A stretch of DNA of 64,000 nt, taken from contig CM041465.1 in NCBI GenBank assembly GCA_023213395.1, positions 67,401,741 through 67,465,740 on the forward strand, written 5' to 3'. The DNA is from Cycas panzhihuaensis. Lineage: Eukaryota; Plantae; Cycadophyta. Both the position numbers and the translations under genes were made by a program. A model generated the notes under the pieces. The model searched no databases. It was not told the DNA's origin and saw only the letters and a list, made by a program, of their open reading frames with translations. Below are positions 1 to 13,824 of the stretch, one piece after another (the stretch's first letter is position 1; the number at the start of each line of letters is the position of its first letter).

Positions 1-249
1 CGGGACAACCGCAACATCCATATCGTCAATGCCCTGCTACACAATTTTGAACCGCACCTGCAATAGTCGGATGTGGCATTTGGCAATAAACGCAACTTAT
101 TTTATTATAAATAGGTGTGGATTATCAACATTTCACTATATATTAAATTATTACCGACTTATTCTCGTACCATCGTACTGTATCATCGCAGGCTACTTAC
201 GTTTTGGCGAGGGTTAGTAAAGTTTATGACATTAAGGAAATCACCAACG

Positions 250-640
250 GTCAAGTGTTTTCCATGAAAAATCATGGAAAATCCCACCCATTTCTTGGCC
301 AAAGAAAGCTCCAACTAAATAATCCAATTTCAACAAACAAACATGGTCCAAAATAAATTTGATTATCAAATATTCTTTCAGGAAGAAAAGAACATCGTAC
401 CACATACACTCTATAGAGATTTTATCAATCAATTTAAATGCATTCCAAACCACCACATAGCCTTCACAAAAGTGAACTTGGCCAAGCCCCTTAGCAAGGA
501 GATTACCCTTTGTATTGGAGAGAAACTATTAGTCCATAAGTTCTATTATCTTAACGTCTTAAATCCTCATTTAAAGTTATGAAAACATTAAAACATTTTG
601 GTAAATTTTGCCCTTTACTTATCTCAAAGCCTTGTTTACA
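250..640 (+). pseudogene. Degenerate L1 LINE ORF1 remnant (DUF4283/zf-CCHC_4-like)
   Basis: Translation contains AFTKVNLAKPLSKEITLCIGEK...KFYYLN followed by KHFGKFCP, resembling the plant L1 ORF1 'ARVxVxLxKPL...xYE...CxxCxxxGHxxxxCP' signature; stops and frameshifts present. Confidence 0.5.
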
Positions 641-3600
641 ATCTCCATATGTTATAACTTTGAATAATGACAAGGGAAAAGTCTCATGCTTCCACTCATA
701 TTTTCCACCTCTTCAACTAGCCAATGCCTTCTCTAATATCATTAAAGACACTCAATTGCCTCTTAGAGCCTTGACCGAGGTTGGATGATCTTGTCTTAGT
801 CGAGAAAATATAATTGTATTCACATTAGTCAATGTCCAACTTGTCCAAGAATCTTATCCCCTAGGAAGACTAAATTAGTCATGCAAAATGGTTGCTCTAA
901 CAAAGAAGTATGTAAAGTATGAACTACTTTGCTACACTAAATTACATTGAAATTATTATTTTAATGGAGAAAGATCTATTGAATGTTAACCTAAAAGACA
1001 TCCTCCCATAGTAATATGCATGGATATTCATTATCTACGATGCATAATTTCATCGATAATTATTTCATTGTTGAAGTTGGTATACTCAATCTTCTAGATC
1101 TTTAAGAGTGTAAAGTTTACGTCATAAAATTGATATATCACTTGGTGAATCTAACGATCAAACGATTTCATATCTTTATACTATAACCCTAATATGAGTG
1201 GCACTATGCATTTCTTTACATCCTGGTTAAAGATCTCCCCCTTTGTTTTCATTCAAATCCTACATTTCATAAAGCCTAGCTTGTTCTCTATATGCAAATT
1301 TTTTTATTGGTAGTCTAAGCATTTTTGCCTCCATTAAGTTCTTTGTGAGGACCACCATGTACAGATGGCTTCAAACTATTCCATCCTTTGGCTAATCAAT
1401 TGATTTTAACACGACAAATTTTTTGTATGATATAGAAGGAGGACTAGCCTTTAATTACATTAAGCTTGAATTCTTAGTCTATTCAAGATTTAAAGAATAT
1501 TTCAATCTCTTTGAACCTTACATGTTTTTATCCAATGTGTTGAGACTAACTTATAGCTCCTACGATGACTCTATTACTACTAACCCTTAAGGTAATATAA
1601 TGCCAATCATAACATTTCCCTATGTTTGTCTCTTTTACTATAGGATTTAGGTAAAAGTCATTCTAAAAGCTCTTTTATCAAGTTTAATAATTTCCTTTGA
1701 CATACTTTGGTTACTACAATGGTTTTACACAACTTTGAAACCTTGTCCCTAGACCTATTGGTCAAACATAATGGGTTTATACTAGGAGTTAGCCATTCCT
1801 AAGTCCATATCTTAGTGAAGAGGGCTTAATAAGTAGATGGCCAAGATTCATCAAGGAAGAGAGCTCAAAGTTATGAAAGATACATTATATACAAGTCCTA
1901 GGTCTATTAACATAGAGAAAGATAGGCTACGTGAAGTAAGTATGAAGGTAATTAGACCATAAGCAATGCCTACTCTAATGGGCAATTATTAGGGACTTGT
2001 ATCAAAAAGACTTTTAGTTAATCAAGGCTACACATGCCAAACTACCCTCATGCAAATTTCAAGGGAGAAATAAAGAAACAATCTATATCAACTTTCTATT
2101 CTAATTAACCAAGGAATTACCACTTGACAAATGATGTTTACATTGTCATATAAAACATGGATCAAACTTCTAACAAGTATAAGGCTACCTAACAACCTTA
2201 GGTTGAATCCTAAAGTGAGTTGATCCCTCTTAGTAATTATGGCCTTAACACTAGATATGATAGAAAATCAAATCAAGGGCATAAGACCAACATGCTTACT
2301 AAAGCAAGTCGATGCCTCCCAAGGGGTGGATTAATCTGAGACGATAAAAACATAAAGGCAAAAGTGAAAATAAAGTAGCAAATAATTAATAACTATGAAA
2401 CAAATAACAAATGGTTACTAGTATAATGGATCATGGACCCAAACACTATATGTCATTCCTAATTGTCATTTCAATTATGATTGAAATAAAGAAACTTGAA
2501 TGAGGTACGATATGAGAGTGATCCTCTTAAGGAATATAGGAGTAGAACGAACCTATATACTAAGGTCATATCTATAATTCCCTACTATGGAGCCTATAGT
2601 AAACGTGGCTAGAACCTAGACAACTGGTAAATAGTAACCCTAGATATAAGTAGTGAACTAAAATAGAAATTATGTCAAAATCATACAGTTGAACATGTTA
2701 AAATAAAAACTTAAAGGAAAAGGAAAGAATGAAGGGATAATTGCCTGGAAACTATCATTATGAATTTGTCTTTAGGGTTAATCCCTTACTATGTTTATTT
2801 ATCTACCTTCTACTACATTTAACTCTCGTACCATTTTGACATAAATATTCATTTATCATGGCTACAAGATCTGAAAAACCAACAAGCACATATGAATTTT
2901 TGAAAAGAAAACAAAATCAAATAATAAATTAGGCTATTAGTGAAGCTAGTACATTTGTCGTGTAAGAAATAGTGTATAATATTATAATTAGAAATAAAGC
3001 AAGAAAACAATCCCTAAAAATGGAAACAAATGTTTCTAATGAATCCTTAGACAATGGATGGTGGTCATATACTATTATGAAGCAACCAACAACTTATTAG
3101 GAGCCCTATTTCAAAGCATGATAGGTATATTTCCACCTTTAGTGATAGGGCTTCTTACATCATGAGATTGTGAGGTTAACTAGATGTTTTTAGGATTTGT
3201 ATCCAATGTGTCTAGTACATAGTATGGGGGTTTTGTTGCCTGTGATGTGTAGATTAATTTATTTGATCAATTATGGTGAATGTAGGTTTGGTTTCTATAA
3301 ACAACTATCAAGGTTTTAAAGTGCATAAAGTTAAGTTTTTATTTTTTTTCTTTTTTTTTTTTTATAATAAAGTTTTAATTATCTAATTTTTAATCATAAG
3401 ATAAAAACAACTCAAAACTAAAATAAGATCATACAAATCAAATAGAGCAAAATGAGTGGGTAACCTAGGATTTGAGAGGTTGATTTATCTATGAGAGAAA
3501 TACGACCCCATTATTTAGGGTAAATGTAACTTCAAGTGATGTCTACAATTTTAAATTCTCTACTTATTACCTCTTTGCATTAGAAAAGCTACTCCCAACC

Positions 3601-4479
3601 CTATCTTTCATGTATATTTAACCCATAAGCAAACGTATTAATCTCTATCTTTATTTAAGTGAAGTTTTATTATATCTATGGGAAAACTTGTTGACCACCT
3701 TTAACTAACTAGAATTGTGGTTTTAATAACTCAAATATTTCCATGCATAAACACCATGCCATACACAACAAAGTTTAAAACCATCTTGAGCCATCCTCAG
3801 ATTTTGAGGAAGAATCATGTATCCTGTACCCAAGAGGCACTTAATGTTATTGCTAGTTGAGGGAAAGGAGGGGAAGCCTATTAACAAATAATTATTAAAT
3901 TTGTTCCTGTTAACTAACTTGATGAACCACCTAGGTCCCATGATCCATAATATAGCATGCTTTCACCATGTTTTGTTATTTTTCTTCCTTGGAGATTATG
4001 AAGCATTGGCAGGCCCTTGAAGGACTTTGGATTGACATTTAAGTAGTACTATGCTTCTAGTTTATATAAGGGTTTCTCCTATAATCTCCTCTATCTCTAG
4101 ATGAAGCTTTGAATCCCTTTATAATTGTGAGCTTTCCTCTTTACTTATGTGATCTCTTTGCCTTCTAATCTACTTTCCATAAATCTTCTTTCTCCATCAA
4201 TATGTCTCTCAATGGATATACCTCCTTTTAAGTTTCTATTCAAATTAATACTCCTCCCATCACAAATTAATGGTCTAATATATGTTGTCTATTTGAATGG
4301 TACTCTCTCTTAAGTCACACTCTAATGTGATCCTATCTCATTCAATAGCTCTTTATTTGATGTTTGAATGATTATTTATTCTCTTCCAAGCGCCTTCATC
4401 TCACACTTCATGTACGTGTCTTTTGTGTTTGATCTCTATAAGATCTCATCCCTCCTACATTATAAGTCTTACACTCAAT

Positions 4480-5938
4480 GATGCATTCATCCATCATTCC
4501 TAATGGCCTCCCTCCCACCATTTTTAGGCTTAATATGGGAACCTTACAACTTCATCTAAAACTACCAAAATTTATCCAATCTTTGAATATAACACTATTT
4601 GAGAAGGGATGGTATGTTATGTCTTATGTCACAACGATAATGTACTTAAAGAAGTTGGCTAAACAACATCTTGTGGAAATCAATACCATGTCTCTAATTA
4701 TAAATAGAATCATAAAGGTTGAAGTATTCCTTGCATTATCTTAATGTTTTACTCTTTAAGATGCTTAATCCTTTATTTGTGCTCTCAGAGATGCGATCTC
4801 CAGCTTGAAGTCTAGTAACATTCTTATTAGAATGCTATAACTCCCCTTTTGTTTGAAAGCAGTGGCCATTTTATTTCCTTTCTAAATAGGATGTGATCAT
4901 GAGGTCAACTCAATGATGATTTGGATGCACATGTGATATCTAATTCACCTCTCCTCATCATGGGATTCTAAAAGGCACGTAAAAATTAAGGAACTATAGG
5001 AGAATGTAATCATGAGTTAGAAGTTGGGGGTTTCTTATATTTTTGGAAGCCTTTTCCTATTGAGAAAGAGTTCATAAAAGAAATTAAGGTTGACAAAGAA
5101 TTCTTAGAGTTGTTAAATAAATAATAATATTTGCCCCTTGATCTTCTAATAAATGGCCATTAAAAAGGAAATTATTCTTTAATTTTAGGCTCAAATGAAC
5201 ATAATCTACAAATGCACTCAATCTTAGGAACTAGATGTTTTGTTTATATTATGAGTTTATGGGAATAGACCCTATGTTATTGCATGGAGAATTTCAAGCT
5301 ATGTGACATATGAAGAAGAATATACCCAAGTGGTATAACGTCATCATCAAAAGATAAAGCTAAATTGACTAGTTGGGGATGTCCAAGTGACCTAAAGAAA
5401 TGCCAAATAAATCTCTTATGTGATATATTTGTTAATCTCTCTCTTTAAAAGATTGAGATTTAAGTTATTAAGGGAGTTTAATATGGGAAGAAATTTATTT
5501 ATATAAATTATAATAGTCTACAATAAATTGCAAAATTCAACATACCACCATATAGATTCATTATTGAGATCAACTTGGGTTATACCATGTGAAGGCTCAT
5601 ATATATATGACCTTGTATATATTAGAAACAATCCCAAACATGGTTACTACCCTAAGATGGTGCACCCTACTCTTTTCTTCTGTAATACAATGAGGCATAA
5701 TTATTTTAACCTGGATGTTGTTTGACATCAAAAAGGCTTACACTTTCTTAATCTAAATCAAATCCATAAAGAATAAACTAAACTCATACCTTAGTACGAA
5801 GAAGGACTTATAGGCTTGGTCAAAGTATTAAAAAATATTGTTGTTATGGAGATACTCTAAAGATACATATGGAAACACACTCTCCAAAAGAAAATATGAA
5901 ACATACCCTTTAGCAAATCTAGTTTATCAAAATGATTG
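4480..5938 (+). pseudogene. Highly degenerate L1 LINE ORF2 (RT region) remnant
   Basis: IPNGLPPTIF (cf. GPDGFPxxFF), LNITLFEK (cf. NxTxIxLIPK) and MSYVTTIMYLKKLAKQHL (cf. ISLCNxIYKxIxKxLAxRL) occur in L1 order; downstream motifs are weak. Confidence 0.45.
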
Positions 5939-6448
5939 TACTAAAAATTTTGAACTCACTCTAATACCATTTTAAATTATTTATAACAACTTATTTAGAA
6001 TTGTGAAATTATGTAGGATATTATATATTCACATGATTAATCAAGTATATCATGAACATAATAAATGAAAAAGATAAAGGCATAAGAGATAATAATACAA
6101 ATATTATGCGTACATCATGTTTAATGTGGAAAACCCATGAATGGGAAAAACCACCTCTAGATATTCACAAGATACTATATTAAGATGAATAATGATGAGT
6201 CATTCTATCCTTATAAGGAGGAATATATCATTTAGTTTTGTTTACGATAAATATTATCCTTATATAGATGTGTAATCTCATCATTAACTAATCATATATT
6301 ACTATGATATCGACCAATTTGATCATGTGTATAGAACCTCTCACATCATCCAAAAATAACTTTAACATGTTAACCACTAATTAAACATTACTCATTAATA
6401 TTGACGAATTTCAACATTCTAACCCTTCAATATTTAAATATTCCAACA
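5939..6448 (-). repeat. E1 3' LTR
   Basis: Aligns along its length with 10536-11074; ends ttccaaca next to the PPT. Confidence 0.8.
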
Positions 6449-9400
6449 CTACCCCTTAGTGTTTAATTTTGGACTTTTAAATGTCCTTATGTCTTCAACC
6501 TATATTTTAATCTTTATGTCTTCATATCTTCATACCATATCACCTACTCATATGTATCTTCATTTTATATATATCACCTTTAAATTAATCTATGAAACCT
6601 ATCTTCATCATACTTGTCTCCAGCAAGTAAATCTTGATAACAATGTATCATATCAACCTATAATCAAATACATAAAACCATCCACCTATGAAACCTGTAA
6701 ACCATCATCAATCAACTAATAAATAACCATAATTTATGACTTTCAACTTATCGTGATACATGAAGTTTCACTCCTCATTAACTTCATATCTTCATGTGTA
6801 AAGCTAAAATAATCAACACTTTCAACTCTATCAACTCAAAATTTTGTAAACCAAAATGATTACTGATGTCTATATAAAACAATAACCATTTATCAAAATG
6901 CATGGATAACTGATCTCTACAATCATTAGTTCTATAGGAAGTGTTTCTTATACATGGTTCATCAGCATATGAAGTAAAATATCAAAACAATAGTAGGTAT
7001 TAGGCCAATATGTTATACAAGAGTAACATCATTCTATCTTATGTCTTGCATATGAGAAAACCTGTGAGTGTTACCTCTATTGATGCTTTTGCATACATCT
7101 TTTGTAGCTTTTATTTGGCAACCAAATAATATTACCAACAAACTAAACTAAACAACTATCTTTGGGAACATGGCATACCACCTAGCCATGTCAAACTAGT
7201 TATAAGAAGGTAACATAAAGAATATATTTCCATGCCTCTTATCATACAAGAAATGCCAATTTTTTCACTAATAACAATATATCAACTAGACTTATTAACA
7301 ATTAAATTTTAGTATGCCAAGTTATGAATATATAAGACTTCTCCATGCCTCATAAACATGTGGAAACAATTGAACAACTCAATAACTAAGTATAAACAAT
7401 AGACCCTTTAACAACATCAATCAAGTTATATCACTAAAAATCATTCATTTATATATATAATCAACAAATTAGGTGATCATATACTCATTAAACCATTAAA
7501 TGATATTAAATGTATTTTATTAATAGTATGCATCACTACATCAAAAGTGTAAATACTTTAAGGGAACTTTAACATATCCAACACTTATATCTCACATTCA
7601 ATATCAAACAAGTTCTTACCTTTCTTTTTCTTAGACTTAAAATGTCATAAACAATCCTTGAATGTGTTTATTTTCAACTAAATTTAAATTTATACTCATC
7701 ATTAATCATCCATTTGTATGAACATAAACTCATGAGCCTTCAAAATCTTCAAAAATTGTCAAATCATCCCTCAAACTTCTCAAAATTTACAACTTCTAAT
7801 ATGTCAAAATTAATTTACTCAAGTTTACCCATTAAAATCTTGTTCACGCATGCTCCAAAATATGCTTTGTGACTACTTGTTTTGACTATTGTTTAGTTCT
7901 CTGTCTAATGAACCAATGTATTGAAAATTATACTCTATATAAAAACATTAAGATCAAAATATTGTCGGTATTTATTACAAAAAAGTTACAATGAAGATAT
8001 TAATAATATATCATAAGAAAATCAAACCTACTTTAATATTTGATTAGACCTTTTTCCATTTAGGTTGTGGTCACATTAGGATTCCGTGTGACCATGTGAT
8101 TTATCTAACGGGCTTAAGTAGATCTAAAATCACACTCTAATCTAGTTTAATGCAATTCAAACATTGAAAAAAAAAATCCATATATAAAACAAATTTGTTG
8201 ATGTGTGATTAGGGTTTTCAGCAATTTTTGTGTGTAGTGGGTAACTTAATGATTAAATCTATATGTAGACATAAACTTATCATTTGAAATCCATGAAATA
8301 GGATCAAATCTAGATTGTAGACTCTCCACAGTGTTAAAGTGGTGAATTAAAATAAAAAAATTTCTAACCATGGTAGTGTTGCAATGTTGGATATTATTAT
8401 TAAATTAAAAGAAAAAATCAATATCAATCTAACCAATCAATTAGATGAATGAACAATTAAACATGCCATGATTTTATCCATTCCCATTTATCCTTTAATA
8501 TATGATATGATATAGTAGAGGATTCAATGATTATATAAATAAGGATGAGGAGCAGATTTACAATTACTGTTTACCACTAAATTGAGACTAATCATCAATG
8601 GGAGGATCACTTAACAATGATATAAATATGAACAAGGCATAAAATTCAATGGAAGTATATATCTCAATCAACATTACTACATTATGATTATGTGGACCTA
8701 ATAATGGCAAATTTCTTCATTTTCTCTTTTGTGGACAATTGAATATATGTCTTTACTCTATGCATTTTTATTAAATGGGCAGAAATTGCATTAAACTATA
8801 TTTTTCTATAAGTTTATTTAGTGATTCTATGTGTACTCTTCAATGGTAAATGCTCATGCATTCAAACACCTCTACTAAGCAATAAAAGGCATTTGCTAAA
8901 CTTTGCCTATATCACAAACTCTAAGAATTTATACATAGATTTGTTACCACCAGTCTATCATTTCTCATATATTTATTTTCATCTCCACCCTATTTCACAT
9001 ATAGGTTTTCATCTGGATGTTATTGATCTCCATTAGTGATAATGCATCATTGATAAATAAACTTATTGGGCCAATGGTCTGCATTTCTTCAAAAATTAAC
9101 TTCACATAACAAAATTTCATTTCATATTATGACAATACCAATTTCTTAATAATGTAACAAGGGGAAACCCTAATATATACTATAGTATAAATTCTTTTAT
9201 ATAGTATAAATCCTTAATATATCACCACTAATCAGCATAAGCCTTCAATTTATCATATTAAATACAAATCCTTAGTCATACCTATCATACTTATGCCATA
9301 ATATAATATACCTTTATATGTTGCCAAATTTTATCAAACATCAAACTCTAACATGCTTGTTAAAATAGATCTCACACAGACACCACATATGATAAAACCC

Positions 9401-9797
9401 TAATTTCATTATTTTTTAGTTTAAGCCTTTATCATACCTTTAGGTCACTTACTGAATTACCTATAATGGTTCCTTGTTTTCATATTAATCTACCACATAT
9501 CAACTAGTATAGACATGTTGCCTATATCACTTATATTAATGGGTTATTAGCTATTAGCTTCTCATCTCACTCTTATAGGGTGATGAATCCTGTTTAGATA
9601 ATCTCTTATGGATGTACCATCAAGCACCTACATGTTTCATGAATATAGGAGCTCCACATACATAATAAATATCCACAGTAAGAAAATAAATGCACAGTAT
9701 ACATCACTATGATGTCCTTTATTCAATAGTATATGACTCAAGGATAGATCTCCTAACTAATGGAGTATTTATTTTTGCTTCGTCCCCTATTTGCATT

Positions 9798-10186
9798 AAG
9801 GGGGGGTGTTAGTGATAGTTAACTTAAGTTAACCATGACTTAATGCTTCATTAGGGTTAATTAGTATGTACAAATGTGATGAATGGATGTGTCCATTGGT
9901 GAAAAGACATGATGAAAAGATATGACCTTACATGGTACCATTTCGGGGTATATATATTCATACCTCCTTGATATTCAAATCACCAACTCAAGATCATATG
10001 ATCTTAATAATATTTCTGTGCTCCATCTCACCTCTAAAACACTTTGTATTATTTTATGTTTAATATATTAAAAGATTGTGTTAGTGGGTTTTCTCTCTCC
10101 GGAGTTTCCCTTGATATATCTAGTGTTTGAGTCCTCTTATGAATTATCCTGGTGTGTAGTAGTCTCACCCTCTGATTGGATTAATA
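9798..10186 (+). mobile_element. Orphan PPT plus 3' LTR fragment of another LTR element inside E1
   Basis: aaggggggg PPT directly followed by TGTT at 9807; TATA-like tatatata near 9949; no partner LTR in the window; right end approximate. Confidence 0.5.
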
Positions 10187-10535
10187 ATCAACCTACAAAT
10201 TGAATATACACAAACTCTCACACTCTACTATGTGGCCCTCCTCAACTTCATCACACCCCTTTATTGGTCATATTTCATCAATATAATTAGGTTTTAGCTT
10301 TAAATTAACCTTTAATATTGGCTCTTGATATAGACTCATACTAGCTCTTACTGGGTCATATTTAGTACTTGCTCTATCATTGTCAACCTACGTTTGCTTC
10401 TATTATGTCACTCAAATCAACACTCATTAGCACTTGCTTTACCTATGATATAGGATCTTTCATAACTTTAACACTTTGATAGTTCACTCCCCCTCTGAAC
10501 TTCACCTCTAATATTTACCTTGGGTTCTAATACCA

Positions 10536-11074
10536 TATTAGAAATTTTGAATTCACGGTAATACCATGTTAAATTATTTGTATAAACTTATATGAAACTG
10601 TGAAATTAGGTAGGATATAATATAATCACATGATCAATCAAGTATATCATGAATATAATAAATGAAAAAGGTAAGGGTATAAAAGATAATAATATAAATG
10701 TCATATGTATATATTATTTAATGTTTGAAATCCATGAATAGGAAAAAACACCTCTAAATGTACATGAGATCTCATATTGAGAAGAATAATCAATAATGCT
10801 CATGGTGAATCATCCTATCTTTATAAGAAGGAATATGTGATTTTATTTTATTTATAATAAACATTTCCCTTATATAAATGTGTAACCTTATCATCGACTA
10901 ATCACATTTTATCATTATATCAACCAATATAATCATCTATAAAGGAATTTTCATATTGTCTAATGATAACTTTAACCTGTTGGCCACTAATTAAATATTA
11001 CTCATTAATATTCATGATTTTCAATATTATGACACTTAGATACTTAAATATTCCAATGTTCCAATATTCCAATA
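10536..11074 (-). repeat. E1 5' LTR
   Basis: Adjacent to the PBS; terminal 8-mer TTCCAAT(G/A) is triplicated at 11051-11074. Confidence 0.8.
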
Positions 11075-13824
11075 AGTTGTATATTGAATTTGAGATAAGT
11101 GAACTATGTCCATAGGTTATGTTACTCAAAATGTTAATTTCCTTAACGATTCCATGTTTTTGAAGCTCAAAATTTTACAAGTACCTTAAAAACTTTGACA
11201 AATGCTCCTTAAGAAAATTTTAGGTTATTTTTGTTTCCTATAAATATTTTCTTAACATTTTAACCTGAAAAGCATGCCTTTAGTCATGTTTCCAATTGAA
11301 AATTTCCATGGGTATGGCTTACATAGAAGGAGACCTCTCTTAATAAACACCATTATTAATAAGTATTAAAGCAACATATAAAATTAAAAATATTAATAAT
11401 TCAATTATTGAAATTCTTACATCATGCTTTTTAATGCATGCATATATATTTTTATTTTTGTATTTATAATATAATATATTTTACATATATGTATTTTTAA
11501 TATATATTGTTTGAAACTCTAATCATTCCTAGTATTTTTTTTTTTTTTTTTTTATTTCCTTAAATTTATTTCTTTTTTAAATCTTAGTTCCATAAATTTG
11601 ACAATATAACCCTATCTATACATAAACCAAAGTAACCTCCACATATTAAATTGACCTCTCCCACACCAAAATAAAATAAAAAGAGGAGGAGAATAACACC
11701 TTAGCAAGGGCCTCCTTAAAGTGTTGAAATTATAACTTTAGTTTTACCAAGGACTAGCACAAGTTTCTTATCATCATGAAATTAAGTTAAAGATAAATCA
11801 ACTCTCGATTCCTTTGGAGTGTTAAAGAGGAGTAACATGGTTAGAAAATAATAGTAAGCTGATAAAAGTTTTATACTTTAAATGGAACCATCCTCCCACA
11901 AGGTAACCTCTCCACTTCGCTACTCTTATTAATCAATGTAAGATCTAATATTATAAGATAGAGATAGAATTCTTATTTAACCCCATTGGTGATATGAACC
12001 TCTATGGAAAAGCACGTGCCATATAAATCCATCTAAATCTTGTATCATATCAGATCATCATAGTTAAGATGATGCTTTATGAAAAACTTGAAGCATGAAG
12101 CCTTTCCAAAAAATGATGTCATGGAAGTGAGTTAAAGGCCTTTTGAAAATGTATAAAACAATAGTATATTTTGAAATGGGGGCCTTTTATTTCTCTTATT
12201 TTGTTTAGATAGAAAAAATGTCTGTATTCATTATCATTTGAATAATAGAGAGTGCATATCAAAAACTATGATACAATTAACCTAACAAAACAAGAAATAA
12301 GACTACTATTTCCTCTCTACATATAAAGGAATGCCAAATAAAATGTCTAATGATAGACATATAAACCACCAAAATTAATAAGTCAACTAAAAGAAGGAGG
12401 AGTCTTGTAGTTCTCTTGCCTACATATCCACTCTTACATTAGCCAAGTAGCCTACCAGTGTATTAAATGCTCTAAGCACATGCATTCTTAGGACCTTGCT
12501 CTAAGGCATAGTTGGAGCATACACCTACAGGTATAATAAACTTTTGCTTATGTAGAATCTGCTTGTTATAAGTTTCCTAATAAAGGCCATTGATCATAGC
12601 CCCATAAGTTGATACTAGTTTACTAGATTGGATTTCATCATACTCTTATATAATGTAACAATTAAGCGATGTAATGCCTATCTAAGGTTTACAAAACATG
12701 TTATCATTATTAAAATCAAGTAAGCTTATAAGAGGCCTACTCTCTCAACTTATTTGTTATACTAACTCCACCTTATACTTCATCTCCATACCATGATTCA
12801 TGTGAATCAAAAGTACAAATATGCAAAATTAACCAAAACTATGGTTATCAGTAGGTCTACCTATTATGAAATAGAATTGTATAGTGTATAATAATTATGA
12901 AATATGACTATATCGAATGAGATTTCTTTCATGTATCCCCTCTTTCAAGGTATGCAATTTTTGAGTTAAACTTCCCCCTTACTAGAAACCCACACTTATT
13001 TATATTTATCTTATAGTGTATTCAGACCTAAGTCGATGTGAAGCAATCACTAGCTAATGATTCGTATATAGTCATGGCCATATTTTTTCTATTTCTATTC
13101 ATTATTTTCCTTAGCTTAATGCAACCTTCCATCCAATTAATGTCCTACAATAGATCTTATTTTCCACTGACCTCCCATGAGGGAAATGATGATAAGGAGT
13201 AGAGGGAAATAATACCTAATTATATGTATGGTTGTAAGCCTACTACTTCTACATTTTACATAGTAATATTGTATTAATTATTAGATTATGCCATCTTATA
13301 ATTCATCTATACTTTAGGCATAATATTGAACAGTTGATAATGACCTAGACTAGTTGCCATATGTTGGTCATCACACTAAATTCACCTCTTCCTTCATTGC
13401 ACCTTTATTATTTCCTTAATTAATTCCACCTCTCATCTGATAAGTTAGTCATCATTTTAGTAATCTCTTTATATAGAATTAGAATTAGTTATAGTATAAC
13501 CAATTATTTGAAGTATTGGAATATTAATTTTTACCAATATCGATGTAATGTTTAATTAGTAAACTAAGATTATCATTAATTGATATTGAAATATAATTTT
13601 ATAATGATGAAGTTGTACATCTATATAAGGATAATATTTATCATAATTAAAAGTAGGTCACCTAATTTTCCTTATGAGGATAAGATGACTCACCATGTGG
13701 TTCATTGGTTACTATTCTTAATATGAACTCTAATAGATATTTGAAGGTAGTTTTTCCTATTCATGGATTTTTTACATTAAACATGGCACATATAAAATGT
13801 ATTCATTACAACTCTTATGCCCTT

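Larger units (their letters stand above)
5939..11074 (-). mobile_element. E1: non-autonomous, non-coding LTR retrotransposon (LARD-like, Copia-type termini)
   Basis: Direct repeats 5939-6448 and 10536-11074; reverse-complement PPT (ctaccccttag) at 6449; reverse-complement Met-i PBS (gttctaatacca) at 10524-10535; candidate TSD gattg/agttg; no recognisable protein domains inside. Confidence 0.75.

Noticed and set aside
1700-4000. Possible LTR or LINE fragments between the L1 remnants
   Set aside because: Too decayed to define termini, TSD or domains by eye.
11535-11552. Poly-T tracts (also ~3343-3363 and 26111-26150) as SINE/LINE tails
   Set aside because: No TSD, Pol III boxes or adjacent recognisable element could be established.
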